Positions 48,640 through 60,497 of a stretch of 64,000 nucleotides of DNA are shown here, piece by piece. Where the stretch lies: the NCBI RefSeq assembly GCF_018350175.1, contig NC_058368.1, forward strand, positions 24,926,001 to 24,990,000, read 5' to 3'. The notes under the pieces are model-generated. The model was not told where the DNA came from. It searched no databases and was given only the letters and a program-made list of their open reading frames with translations. Source of the stretch: Felis catus (Eukaryota). The first letter of the stretch is position 1. Each line of letters opens with the position of its first letter. The position numbers and the translations under genes were made by a program.

Positions 48640-49550
48640 CTATTTCAGACTCTCTCCTCAGATCTCCCCGTGGACCCTTCATGTCTCCTGTCTGCTCTTT
48701 ACTACACAGAGATGATGCAACTCACCATCTAGTAACTCCCTCAACTTCCTGCTACCACACTTACAAGCTGGTCTTCTTTTCCCCACCTGAACTTTATTCT
48801 TTCTCTTTTGTTCTTTGTAAGAAGCCTCCCTCTTGCTATATAAGGTTATCTACTCCTGTGTCCTGAATCTGATTTCCTCCCCCTTCTGCAATCTTGTTCA
48901 TTTGTTATACATTCTCTTTTACATCTTTAACATCCATCTGGACACTCTTTCTCTTCTCCCCGCATGACTTTTACCCATCACCCGGCTTATCCCCACTTTA
49001 CAACTAAATTTGTGAAGTAACTCTGTGCCTTACTGTCTCTGCTTTTTTCACTTCATACTTGCTCAGTTTTCTGACCCATGTCTTCAGTAAAATGGCTTTT
49101 CAAGGTCACTGATGACCTCCTCTTTGCTAAATAAATAGAGACATACTTGTCTCCCTCTCTCTTTTTTTTTAATTGTTTATTTTTGAGAGAGAGAGACAGA
49201 GTGTGAACAGGAGAGAGACAGAGAGAGAGTGAGACACAGAATCCAAATCAGGCTCCAGGCTCCCAGCTGTCAGCAGACAGCCATATACAGGGTTACAACC
49301 CATGAACTGTGAGATCATGACCTGAGCCAAACTGTGACTGAGCTACCAAGGCACCCTGATACTTGTCTCTATTCTGTAATCTTTCTGCAGCATTCGAGAG
49401 CCTTTTTGAAACGCTTTGTCCTTGGATTTCATCTATCACTCTTCAGTTTTTCTGTCTTCCTTTGAAGCCCTCCAGTCTTGAACGGAGGCTCCTTGTGTTT
49501 TATCTATCCCTTAAATGTTGATTCCCAAGGTTTTGCTCTAGGCTATCATC
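48640..49550. mobile_element. L2-like fragment interrupted by a SINE
   Basis: caaggtcactgatgacctcc...gctaaat motif and pyrimidine-rich composition. Confidence 0.55.
49162..49356 (-). mobile_element. SINEC_Fc (older)
   Basis: TSD ATACTTGTCTC. Confidence 0.87.
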
Positions 49551-49850
49551 TTTAAAAAAACTAAAGTGATTTTACTATACAAAAATCATTTAAAAGGTGA
49601 GTAGATGCCTTTTATAATAGCTTTACATATAAAATCTACACATGGCTATTACAGTTTTCTCTTGATTTGAACTCACAGGTTTTGATATTTTGTCTCTATG
49701 GATTAAAACATGTTTGGAAGAATATTGAAGCATGGATATAGTCATCTCAATCCCCAGATAATGACACTGAACCAATTTAATAGACTTTCTACGTTTTAAA
49801 TCTAACGTGAATAGCAGTTTTAGCTAGAATCAGAAGAAATTGCTTTGTAT

Positions 49851-50349
49851 TAGTATTTCTCAAACTTTTTGGTCTCATGACACTTTCACTTTTTTTAAGG
49901 ATCCCAAACAGCTTTTGACTTAGTGGGTTATTTGTTTTAATTCTTGCCATATTAGAAATCGAATCTGAGAAATTTTTTAAATACTTATGAATTTATTGAA
50001 CAGTGAAAATAATAAGCCCAGCATATACTTTTATAGAAAATAGATTGGTTTTGGAAACTAAAAATAAAATCACAAGGAGGGGGCAGTGTTTTACATGTTT
50101 TTGTAAATCTTTTTAACATCTGGCTTAGTTGAAGACATCTAGATTTTTATGTCTGGCTCCGCATTCAATCTGTTAATGGTATTGCGTATCATATGACTTT
50201 TGGAAAACCCGGCTGTATACCCAGGAGAGAATAGTAGACCAGCCACCCAAGTGATGTAGTATTGTAGAAATATTTTTGATCTTCTGAAATTCCCAAGAAT
50301 TGTTTTGGAGATCCCGAGGAGTCCTCAGACCCCTCTTTGAGAACCACTT
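49851..50349. mobile_element. hAT-Charlie MITE (MER119-like)
   Basis: TIRs agtatttctcaaa / tttgagaaccact. Confidence 0.6.
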
Positions 50350-50810
50350 GTTTCTAGAAGTGGCTTCTGCTTTCAGTTGTTTTCCCTTTGCCTAGCCACC
50401 TCTTCTCAATTTTAATTTTTCCTTCCAGATGAAGTCATCCTTTCAGGGTGTCATTAGCATCTGTGTGTTAATGAATCCAGTATCTGGAGCTCTCAGTTGA
50501 GGCATCTGTCAACTGGATCTCTCTATCTGAGTTCCCTAAGACTACCACTTTCTACTGGGTCCCCCAAAGCCTGGGAGTTATTATTTGATATTTCTTCCCC
50601 TCACCCTAGATGTTTACAGAGTTCTGAGATTTCTGCCTATCTTTCAGAACCACCTATTTTTCTAAATGACTACTAATATTCAAGTTATTTGTTTACTGTA
50701 TACAAATATATTTTACCACAATAGCCTCCTAATCTCATGCCTTGAAGTTATTAATCTTGTCTTCTAATTTATTCTCCACTTGAAAGCCAGAATAATCTTA
50801 AAAGAATTTT

Positions 50811-51190
50811 TTTTTTAATATATGAAATTTATTGACAAATTGGTTTCCATACAACACCCAGTGCTCATCCCAAAAGGTGCCCTCCTCAATACTCATCACC
50901 CACCCTCTCCTCCCTCCCACCCCCCATCAACCCTCAATTTGTTCTCAGTTTTTAACAGTCTCTTATGCTTTGGCTCTCTCCCACTCTAACCTCTTTTTTT
51001 TTATTTTTTTTTTCCTTCCCCTCCCCCATGGGTTCCTGTTAAGTTTCTCAGGATCCACGTAAGAGTGAAACCATATGGTATCTGTCTTTCTCTGTATGGC
51101 TTATTTCACTTAGCATCACACTCTCCAGTTCCATCCACATTGCTACAAAAGGCCATATTTCATTTTTCCTCATTGCCACGTAGTATTCCA
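50811..51190 (-). mobile_element. Young felid L1, 5'-truncated 3' end
   Basis: Intact ORF2 C-terminus EYYVAMRKNEIWPFVAMWMELESVMLSEISHTEKDRYHMVSLLRGS*; TSD AAAAGAATTTTTTT at 50800 and 51191. Confidence 0.92.
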
Positions 51191-51199
51191 AAAAGAATT

Positions 51200-52075
51200 T
51201 TTTTAACTGAAGTGTAGTATACATCCAGAAGAGTGCATGATTCATGTGTGCAACTCACTGAATTTTCACAGACAGAACAAACTTGTATAATCTGTACCCA
51301 AGTCAATAAATAGAAAATTAATAGGATCCCATAAACCCCTTTGTGCTCCCTTTCCAGTCACTAACTCCCAACCCTCACCTCCCAGAGATAACTACTACCC
51401 TGATATCTACCACCATTGATTAGTTTTGTCTGTTTTTGAGCTCTGTATAAATGGAATATATAGCAGTACTCTTTTTATGTTTAGCTTCCTTTGCTTACAA
51501 TATATTTGAGATTAACTGTATTATTTATTGCACATAGTTGTGGTTTATTAATTATTATAGCTGTATAGGATTTCATTGTATGAATATGTCATAATTTATC
51601 CATTCTAATGGTGCTAAACATTTGAATAATTTCTAATTTTGAACAGTTATGAGTAGGGTGCTGTTACTGTTCTTAATCATATCTTTTGCTAAACTTGTAC
51701 CCATGTCTCTTCATCTTATGCCTCGAAATTGGATTGCTAGATCATGGAGTTTGCATATGTTCATCTTTGGTAGACAATGTCAAATTAAAAATGATTATTT
51801 TTCATATGGTACTTTTTATCTTTTTCATCTTAGCCTTTCTGGAGGTGTGTGGTATCTTATTGTGGTTCTAGTGTGCATTTCCCTAATGACTAATAAAATT
51901 GACAACTTTTTCACGTTTATTGACCACTGTACAATCTATTTTGTAAACTGTGTGTTCCAGACTTGCCTATTGTATTGCATTACCTGTTTTCTTAATTGTT
52001 TAGAATTCTTTATATACTTTGGATATAAGATCTTTTATCAGATATACATATTGTGAATATCTTCTTCCACTCTCT
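51200..52075 (-). mobile_element. Old L1 3' fragment
   Basis: Reverse L1M 3' UTR and ORF2 motifs. Confidence 0.7.
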
Positions 52076-52142
52076 GAGTTCCAGAATGCTCTTTTGAAAG
52101 AATAAATGTCTTCATTCCTCTGCATAAAATTTGGATTTCCCA

Positions 52143-52352
52143 GGGTGCCTGGCTGGCTCAGTTGGTTAAGCGTCCGACTTAGGCTTGGGTCATGATCTCA
52201 TGGTACATGAGTTTGAGCCCTGCATTGGGCTCTGTGCTGACAGCTCAGAGCCTGGAGCCTGCTTTGGATTCCATGTCTCCCTCTCTCTCTCTGCCCCTCC
52301 CCCACTCATGCTCTGTCTCTCAAAAATAAGCAAACATTAAAAAAAAAAAAGC
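52143..52352 (+). mobile_element. SINEC_Fc
   Basis: TSD ATAAAA(T)TTGGATTTCCCA. Confidence 0.9.
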
Positions 52353-53077
52353 AAATAAAATTTGGATTTCCCATTGCCTTCAGGAACCAAGTACAAATTC
52401 TTACTGTACAGAACTTTTCATTATCTGGTTGCTGCCTGTATTTCCAACTCCTTACCCCCAAGTCTGTTTTTTTATTTGGTTCCTTAAACTTCATCTTATT
52501 TGTTTACCATACTGACTAGTGCAGTAACATAAAAAGGAAAAGTGTCATTGCAGTAGAAGAGGAAATAAATGAACGTATTTGGTAATCTTATAGGTGGGTA
52601 CATTCTCCTGAAGTAAGGCATAAAACCCAGAAGCTTTATTTGAGTACATAAAGATTTAAATTTTCTGTGTAACTAAACTACAGTTTAATAATTAAGAAGT
52701 AGATCACCAAAAGGACATATTTACCATGTATAACATGTATAAGCACATGGTAAAAGTACTATATAAACATATAATGAGCTCCACAAATAAAAGGAAAATA
52801 CAGTCCAGTTGATAAATGGGCAAAAAAAATTAAATAGGTAATTCATAGAGGAAATAGAAATGGTCAGTTGGTACTCGGGCTCACTACAGAAGGAAGTCAA
52901 GGAAAATAAAAAGGTAGCATTTTTTATCCATCAAATTGACAGAAATGAAAAATATAAACGTTAGAAATGGGAGTTTCCGTTGGTAAAAGCTGTTTTGAGG
53001 TGTAGTTTGGTAGTATTAAAAATAAAGTTACACTTCTCTTTGATCCAGCAACTCTGTAGCTTACGAAATCTGTTCTA

Positions 53078-53293
53078 GGGGCACCTGGATGCCTCAGTTG
53101 GTTAAGCATCTGACTCATGATTTTGGCTTGGGTCATGATCGGTACATGACCGTTCAAGTACCCCATCGGGCTCTGTGCGCTGATAGCATTGGGTGTGCTT
53201 GGGATTCTCTCCCTCTCTCACTGCCCCTCACCTGCTCACCATTCTTTCACTAGCTTACTCTCTCTCAAAATAAATAAATAAACATTTAAAAAA
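53078..53293 (+). mobile_element. CAN-SINE (older) within decayed L1
   Basis: Head ggggcacctggatgcctcag; A tail. Confidence 0.85.
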
Positions 53294-53674
53294 AAATCTG
53301 CCCTAAAGAAATACTTTGCACTTGTGAACCAAGGAAGGTGTCAGAATGTCCATTGAAGTCTTGTTTATAGAGCAAAATATTAAAAACAATGTGTATCAGA
53401 AGGAAACTGGTTCACTAAATTACAATGTGTTCATATTATGAAATGCTTTTCAGATGTTAAAATGGTTCCTCTTTGTATGATGTAGAAAGGTATTTCTATG
53501 GGGCATTGTGTGTAGTTTTAGTCCCATTATTTTAAAGAGCATAAATATAAAGGTTTATTTTTATGCATACAACACTAAACTAGTAACATTGTTATCACTG
53601 GAGTAAGGTAGCAGTGGGAGGAGTGTAATGGAATTTCTCCATTCACCCTGTGTACTTAAGAATTAACACTTTTA

Positions 53675-53904
53675 GGGGCGCCTGGGTGGCGCAGTCGGTT
53701 AAGCGTCCGACTTCAGCCAGGTCACGATCTCGCGGTCCGGGAGTTCGAGCCCCGCGTCAGGCTCTGGGTTGATGGCTCAGAGCCTGAAGCCTGTTTCCGA
53801 TTCTGTGTCTCCCTCTCTCTCTGCCCCTCCCCCGTTCATGCTCTGTCTCTCTCTGTCCCAAAAATAAATAAACGTTGAAAAAAAAATTAAAAAAAAATAA
53901 AAAA
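53675..53904 (+). mobile_element. SINEC_Fc (youngest type)
   Basis: Perfect TSD AAGAATTAACACTTTTA. Confidence 0.95.
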
Positions 53905-56357
53905 AAGAATTAACACTTTTAATAATGAGAATGTATATATTAAAGACAGAAGCAAATACTCAACCGTTAATCCATATACGTATACCTTGTATATTTCTAT
54001 GATTATTTGCATAAAACAGATTACTAGAAGTAAAATTGTTTTATTAAAGGGTATTAATGTTCTTAAGGCTTTTACCCACATTGCCTAATTACTTTCCAAG
54101 ATAGATGTCCCAGTGTCCTAGTTTGCATTGTTAACCTTCAAAGAGTGAACATACCTATTATCTATACCTTTTCTAATACCTGATACTATAATTAGAAAAA
54201 AGTACCTCTTTAATCCATGAAAAAGGCATATTTAGGTACCATTTGCATTTCCTTCTTTTTGTGAATTGCCTGTTCATGTCCTTGCATTCTCCTTTCAATC
54301 AGTAAGAACTCTGTATGTATGAGGAATGTCAACCTTATGTATTGTATTCTTGTAGTATATATTTTTAAAAATAGCTGCCTTGTAAAATATGCCATTCTAA
54401 TTGTATTTAATATTTTTCTAATGACTTAGACTAATCATCTATCTATATGAATCAGTTTTTATTAGGCAGTTATAATGATAACCTCAAGGTATGAGACACA
54501 TTTTCTAAATTTATTAAATGCTTTCAGACTTCTTTTTTTTTGTCAGGTTGCATCATGTCTGTTTTGTATTTCATCTCCTTATAGGCTAGGAAGACATCTT
54601 CCTTTTGTTTATAATAGCTATGCATAAAATAAGAATAAATCGTATCTGAGTAAAGACTAGAGAGCTTTTCATCTGAGCAAAATATATTATAGTACATTGA
54701 CTCTGACATATATTTTAACTGTTCAGGCTTACCCCTTTGGTAGGATAGCTGGGGATTGAAGGACTGAAAGCCAACTTTTCATTTCTTACCTGTGTTCTAT
54801 ATTGGTGATATTTCCAGGTAGTAGTTTTTAGAGGGGTGCAGGGTATTATTGATAATACCATTAAAAGCACTATAAATCATTCTTCACAATTAATTACTCT
54901 TCCCTTTGTTTTATACATACTTAGTATTTAGCTATGGAATTTTATCTGCTAGCAATTTGAGAATACTGTCAAACTGAATCTTTGAACCCTATTATTCATT
55001 GATACAAAGTGTCTCAGAGTACAAAATAGTATACAGATAGCCATTATTTATTTAATTAAATTCAGTATCTCCAATCATTTTATCTAGTAAATATAGTTCT
55101 TAAATATAGTAAATTATATCTAGTAAATATAGTCCTTAAATATTTAGTAATTGCTTTCTGACTGAAAAATGTGATTTAGTCTATTTTATATATTTACTGA
55201 AAAATTGTCATCATCTTCCAATATAAGATAAGCAATCAATTTAGTTACACAGATAAAGGATATGTAGTTACCCTCTCTGTTCCCAAGCAAATAAATGGAT
55301 AGTTGGAATTATAATGTATTTGATCTGTACACGACAATGATGTTCATTTTCTTGTGTTTTCGACAGTCAAGTAGGACCATTTATCGTCGTGGTTTTTTAG
55401 TTTTCCATTTTATTTCTTTACCCCAGGTTAAGGAATGGTGATCTTCAGTGCTAAAAGTGTAGTTAGAAAAGGCACCTCAGTTTGTTATCAGTGTAGCCCA
55501 CATTGTCATGTGTTAGGATAAGAGTCGCTGAAATTCCTTCCTCTAGGCTCTTTGGCATTTATATATAACAAATGAGGGTGAGAGGCTGGGTGACAGTGCC
55601 AGTAGCCCCCGAAAACTTCTGCATGTTGCAAAGGAATAGCTCTGCACATCATTCTTTCTTTTTCTTTCCTGTTTTTTTTTTTCCTTAACAAGTCTTTATA
55701 TTTTTTCCACTGGAAAAAATGAATGGAAATAGAGACATCGTACCACATCCGTTGAGGAGATGGACAGTTCTGAGCTAAGGAACTGTCACAAATCGCTTAT
55801 AATGGAAAAGTTACAGATCTTTCGGATGTTAGCTCATGTACACATTAGTGTTAAAATTAGCAAACTTTAGTTTTAGATACAAATCAGTTGTGTCACTAAT
55901 AAGAAAGAAATATGGAAGCAATGTAGGACACCTAATGCTACCTTCATTTAATACTGATGAATCTTTAAGAAAGTCAAGGACATAATGAAATCATATATAC
56001 AGCCTGAAATACTGAAGGCTTTGGTATTTTTAATACTTAGAATTTACATGTGAGTTTTTTAACGGTAAAATTGTGAAATCCCTTCTCCTAACCAAAAACC
56101 CAACTGCCAGACAACCCAAAATCACTTTAAGAAAACCCAAGTGTCTTAAAAATGTTTGGCGTTTCATAAAGAAATCAGCCATACTGATTTTAACCCTTTA
56201 TAGAAACAGTATATATTTTTTATCTTTGAGAAGTATGTTATTCTAATGAAAGACCACCATTTTAATTTGCATAAAAAATTAGTTGAAAAAATTTCTCTAA
56301 TTTTTGGTGTAGATAATTTTGATAGTTTCTGACAAGTAATGGAATTTTATCTTAAAG

Positions 56358-56497
56358 ATTCTGACAATGGAGATATTAATTATGATTATGTTCATGAGTT
56401 GTCATTGGAAATGAAGCGTCAGAAGATACAGAGGGAATTAATGAAGCTCGAACAAGAAAACATGGACAAAAGAGAAGAAATTATTATTAAAAAGGAG
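56358..56497 (+). CDS. ZC3H13: ZC3H13 exon 6, 140 nt, phase 1-0 (coiled-coil-like)
   Basis: ttaaag|AT...GAG|gtatgc; (D)SDNGDINYDYVHELSLEMKRQKIQRELMKLEQENMDKREEIIIKKE. Confidence 0.93.
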
Positions 56498-57098
56498 GTA
56501 TGCTATTGAAATACATGTTAGCAATTAATATCAACATGGGTATTGATCAGAGAACTCATTAGCCATTTGTTGTGTCTTAAATTGTATCAGGATGTTGATA
56601 AGTTGATCACGTTACTGTAAATCAACTACATGTTAATATTCACATTACTCTAGTAGATAAATAGGAAATATTTTTGCTTTTGGACAGGTGAAAAAACTAA
56701 GGTTGTGCTGCGTAGATTCACCGGCTAATGTTAAATGGGATTTGAATCTATGTATGTCTGTTTCTTAGGCCTAAGCTATGTCTAGAATACTTGTTTGTTT
56801 TTTAAAGAGTAGGGGTACAATTTATTGGAATGTAATTTGTGATTTTTCTGAGGAGATTTTGAAATTGTATAATTTTGGTTTGCTTTGTTAATAATAGTGT
56901 TATGTTAGGGCGGGTAATTGTAATTAGCATACTGGTTAAAAGCGCATGTTTAGAAGTCAGACTAACACTTGGTGGCTGTAACAGCACTTAATGTTTCATT
57001 TGAATTTTGGTATGATTTAGAAACACCTGCTTTGTTATCTGATTATAACACCCATGATTGAAGGAGTTTCTGATTGATCTACTGAATTCTTTTAAAAG

Positions 57099-57259
57099 GT
57101 TTCACCAGAAGTGATTCGATCAAAATTATCTCCATCTCCTTCTCTAAGAAAATCAAGCAAATCTCCAAAGCGAAAGTCAAGCCCTAAATCGTCATCTTCA
57201 GCAAGCAAGAAAGACAGGAAGGCAACTGCAGTATCCTCACCCTTGTTGGACCAGCAGAG
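57099..57259 (+). CDS. ZC3H13: ZC3H13 exon 7, 161 nt, phase 0-2 (Ser/Lys/Pro-rich)
   Basis: taaaag|GTT...AG|gtcagt; VSPEVIRSKLSPSPSLRKSSKSPKRKSSPKSSSSASKKDRKATAVSSPLLDQQ. Confidence 0.92.
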
Positions 57260-57415
57260 GTCAGTAGGGTGGTAAATAACGCCAGAATGAAATAGCTTTT
57301 TCTGAAGTGATACCCAAAATCTGAAGTGATACTCAGAAGAATTAGTAGATTACAGAAGAATCCTTGTAATACATTCAGTATTTAATGTAAGTTTTTTTCT
57401 TCTAAAATAAAGGTA

Positions 57416-57712
57416 TGACCATATGATTTCACTCATATATGGAATTTAACAAAAGCAGAGGACCATATGGGGGGTGGGAATGAGAGAGAGAAGGAAACAA
57501 ACCAGAAGAAGAGACTTTTAAAGATAGAGAACAAACTGAGGGTTGATGGAGGGATGTGGGTAGGGGATGGGTTAATTGGGTGATGGGTATTAAGGAGGGC
57601 CCTTGTTGTGATGCGCACTGGGTGTTACATGTAAGTGATGAATCCCTGATTGCTACTCCTGAAACCAGTATTGGGTTGTGTGTTAACAGAATTTAAATAA
57701 AAATTTGAAAAG
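57416..57712 (+). mobile_element. Carnivore L1 3' end, sense to ZC3H13
   Basis: catatgatttcactcatatatggaat...AATAAA; TSD AAAATAAAGGTA at 57404 and 57713. Confidence 0.88.
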
Positions 57713-58310
57713 AAAATAAAGGTACAAAATGTTTCTGTTTAAAAGAAAATTGATAGAGAACAATAAAACAAATGTCTGTGTCCCATCTGCTGTCCTTCAG
57801 AGCTTTTTTTTTTTTTTTTTTTTTAAATAAAACATAACACACCTATGTATTTTCTCTCCTTCCCTCTTGAATTTGTTTTTGGTACTTGAGCATGTGTGTT
57901 TATACTTTCATGTGTATTATTTTTATCTACTTAGTCGTAGTACTTATATATTAAAGCTTTGCTTCTGCAACTTTCTTTTTCACTTAACATTTTTTATATT
58001 TGTATTGATCTATGTAGCCTTTTGCCATTTGAGTATTTATACTATGTGTTTACTTTTCTGTTGTTGAACTTATAAGTTGTTTTCAGTTTTTCACTGTTAC
58101 AAATTATACACAGTGAACATTTTTCTTGTCTCCTTGTGCACATGGTCATGAGATTAGATTCTTAGTTTATACTAAGCAGTATGAATATATTATTTAGAAT
58201 TACTGCAGTAGCCTGTTGAAATAAAAGCAGAAATGAGAAAATATTACATTGAGGGACTAAGAATAAGACAGAAGACATTTTTCTATTTAATGTCACTCTG
58301 TACTATTTAA

Positions 58311-58533
58311 ATTTTTTTTTTAATTTTTTTTTTTAACGTTTATTTATTTTTGAGACAGAGACAGAGCATGAATAGGGGAGGATCAGAGAGAGAGGGAGAC
58401 ACAAAATCTGAAGCAGGCTCCAGGCTCTGAGTGGTCAGCACAGAGCCCGACGCGGGGCTCAAACTCACGGACCGTGAGATCATGACCCGAGCCGAAGTCG
58501 GACACTTAACCGACTGAGCCACCAAGGCGCCCC
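58311..58533 (-). mobile_element. SINEC_Fc
   Basis: Full-length reverse SINE. Confidence 0.92.
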
Positions 58534-58909
58534 TAAATTTTGTTTTAATGAAAGCGTATACACTAATTTTGTTCAAGGAAAAAAGCTAAACTAACCTCTT
58601 TCAACATACGACCAGTTGGCAAACTATCTGAATCCACAATGAAACTTGTATTTGTCTTCCTTCTAGTTTCTAGAGTCTTTAACCCTATTTCGGACTCCAG
58701 TTACTTTTTGCCTAGGTTATTGTATCATCCTTCTACTTTATCTAGTGTCCACTCTCCTGTGCACAAAAACATTTCATTCCTCAACCCCCTGTATTCATTC
58801 ATTTTACGGATGTTGTGAGAGAAATCTTGAAAGAACGATTGCAGTTAATTTACTGTCCCATTGAAAAATTCTGTGGTTTTCCATTTGGTTGAATAAAATT
58901 CAGATTCTT

Positions 58910-59050
58910 TGTTTGTTTGTTTTTTTGTTTTAATGTTTATTCATTTGAGAGCTAGAGACAGAGTGCGAGCAGGGGAGGGGCAGAGAGAGGGAGACACACA
59001 ATCAGAAGCAGGCTTCAGGCTCTGAGCTGTCAGCACAGAGTCTGATGCAG
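58910..59050 (-). mobile_element. SINEC_Fc 3' half only
   Basis: Tail and body present; tRNA head missing. Confidence 0.8.
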
Positions 59051-59329
59051 AGAAAGAAAGGATCTAAAAATGATAGATGAAATTAATTGAACTCTGTGCC
59101 ACAAGTGGGAGGTACACTCTGTGCCATTACGGAGAAATCAGTTGACTTAAAAAAGGTTGAAAGATCTTGTTGCCTTTAGAATGTGCAGAACCAATTTTGA
59201 CCCCTGTAGTTGGAAGGCACTTGAAAAGCCTATATTGTAACATAATTGTGATTTCCAACTACGTATAGTTTTGAAGGAAATGTGAAGAAATTCTATACCA
59301 TAGTGAGTGTATTGATATACTTCTGTTGT

Positions 59330-59741
59330 TATAATAGCTTAGTCCCAAAATCTGAGTTCAATGCTACGGAGGTTTATTTCTCACTCAAAGCAAATCAGAG
59401 TGGGTGTTTCTGATTAACAGGTGGCTCTCTTATGCATAAAGATTTAGTAACCCAGGCTCCTTTTGAGATGGCTTCGCTTGGGTTTTGTGGACATCAAAAA
59501 ATGGAACGCCTAAAGAAAAAAAAATTAATTGGAGTACTGCTCTTATTGGGCTCTACAGTTTACAGTTGCCTGGAGTATGAGAATCATTTATTAGGCCTGG
59601 TAGTGGTGTACAATTCCACAAGCATTTTTTGGCCAGAACTTGGTCACTTGGCCATATCTCATTTCAAAGAAGTCTAGACAGTATAGTTCCAGCAGTGTGC
59701 CCCGGACAAAATTTAGTAAACACCTAGCTAGTCTCTGTCAC
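59330..59741. mobile_element. Old MaLR LTR (MLT1J/K-like)
   Basis: gtttatttctcactc...ttggccagaacttggtcac...tagtctctgtcaca. Confidence 0.6.
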
Positions 59742-59823
59742 AGAAGTAATGTGAAAATACAGTTTGTGTCAAGAATTCCTCTATTATTTTATCTTTAAAA
59801 TAATTTTTAAGTAATTTTTCTTT

Positions 59824-60040
59824 GGGGCGCCTGGGTGGCTCAGTCTGTTAAGCGTCCGACTTCGGCTCAGGTCATGATGTCACAGTTAGTGAGTTCAAGT
59901 CCTGCGTCAGACCCTGTGCTGACAGCTCAGAGCCTGGAGCCTGCTTCGGATTCTGTGTCTTCCTCTCTACCCCTCCCCTTCTTGCGCTCTGTCTTTCTCT
60001 CTCAAAAATGAATAAACGTTAAAAAAAAAATTTTTTTTAA
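59824..60040 (+). mobile_element. SINEC_Fc
   Basis: Full-length SINE. Confidence 0.9.
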
Positions 60041-60276
60041 ATAGTTCACTGAGTTCTGGAAGAGGTTAAAAAAAGAAAACCTAGATATATCTTCATGAAA
60101 ATTTTAATTTCTAAGGAAGAATTATAATCATCCCAGCTGAAAAACTGGGTAACATGCATAGGGAAAAAAAATGGACTCTACATTTTTCATCTACAACACT
60201 AAATGTTATAAGATATTCTAACAATATTTATAGAGGTCTGAGGTAGAAGGATAGTGATACCAAAATACTGTATTCA

Positions 60277-60497
60277 GGGGCGCCTGGGTGGCGCAGTCGG
60301 TTAAGCGTCCGACTTCAGCCAGGTCACGATCTCGCGGTCCGTGAGTTCGAGCCCCGCGTCAGGCTCTGGGCTGATGGCTCAGAGCCTGAAGCCTGTTTCC
60401 GATTCTGTGTCTCCCTCTCTCTCTGCCCCTCCCCCGTTTATGCTCTGTCTCTCTCTGTCCCAAAAATAAATAAACGTTAAAAAAAACAAAACAAAAT
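60277..60497 (+). mobile_element. SINEC_Fc (youngest type)
   Basis: Perfect TSD AAAATACTGTATTCAG. Confidence 0.95.

Noticed and set aside
55421..55432. Recursive splice site reading of cag|gttaag
   Set aside because: The reconstituted donor GTTAAG fits the GTRAG consensus poorly and the intron is under 10 kb; a cassette-exon reading fits better.
57189..57200. Four-serine run in ZC3H13 exon 7, recalled as three in human
   Set aside because: A single-codon indel in a low-complexity region, and the comparison rests on memory; unlikely to matter.
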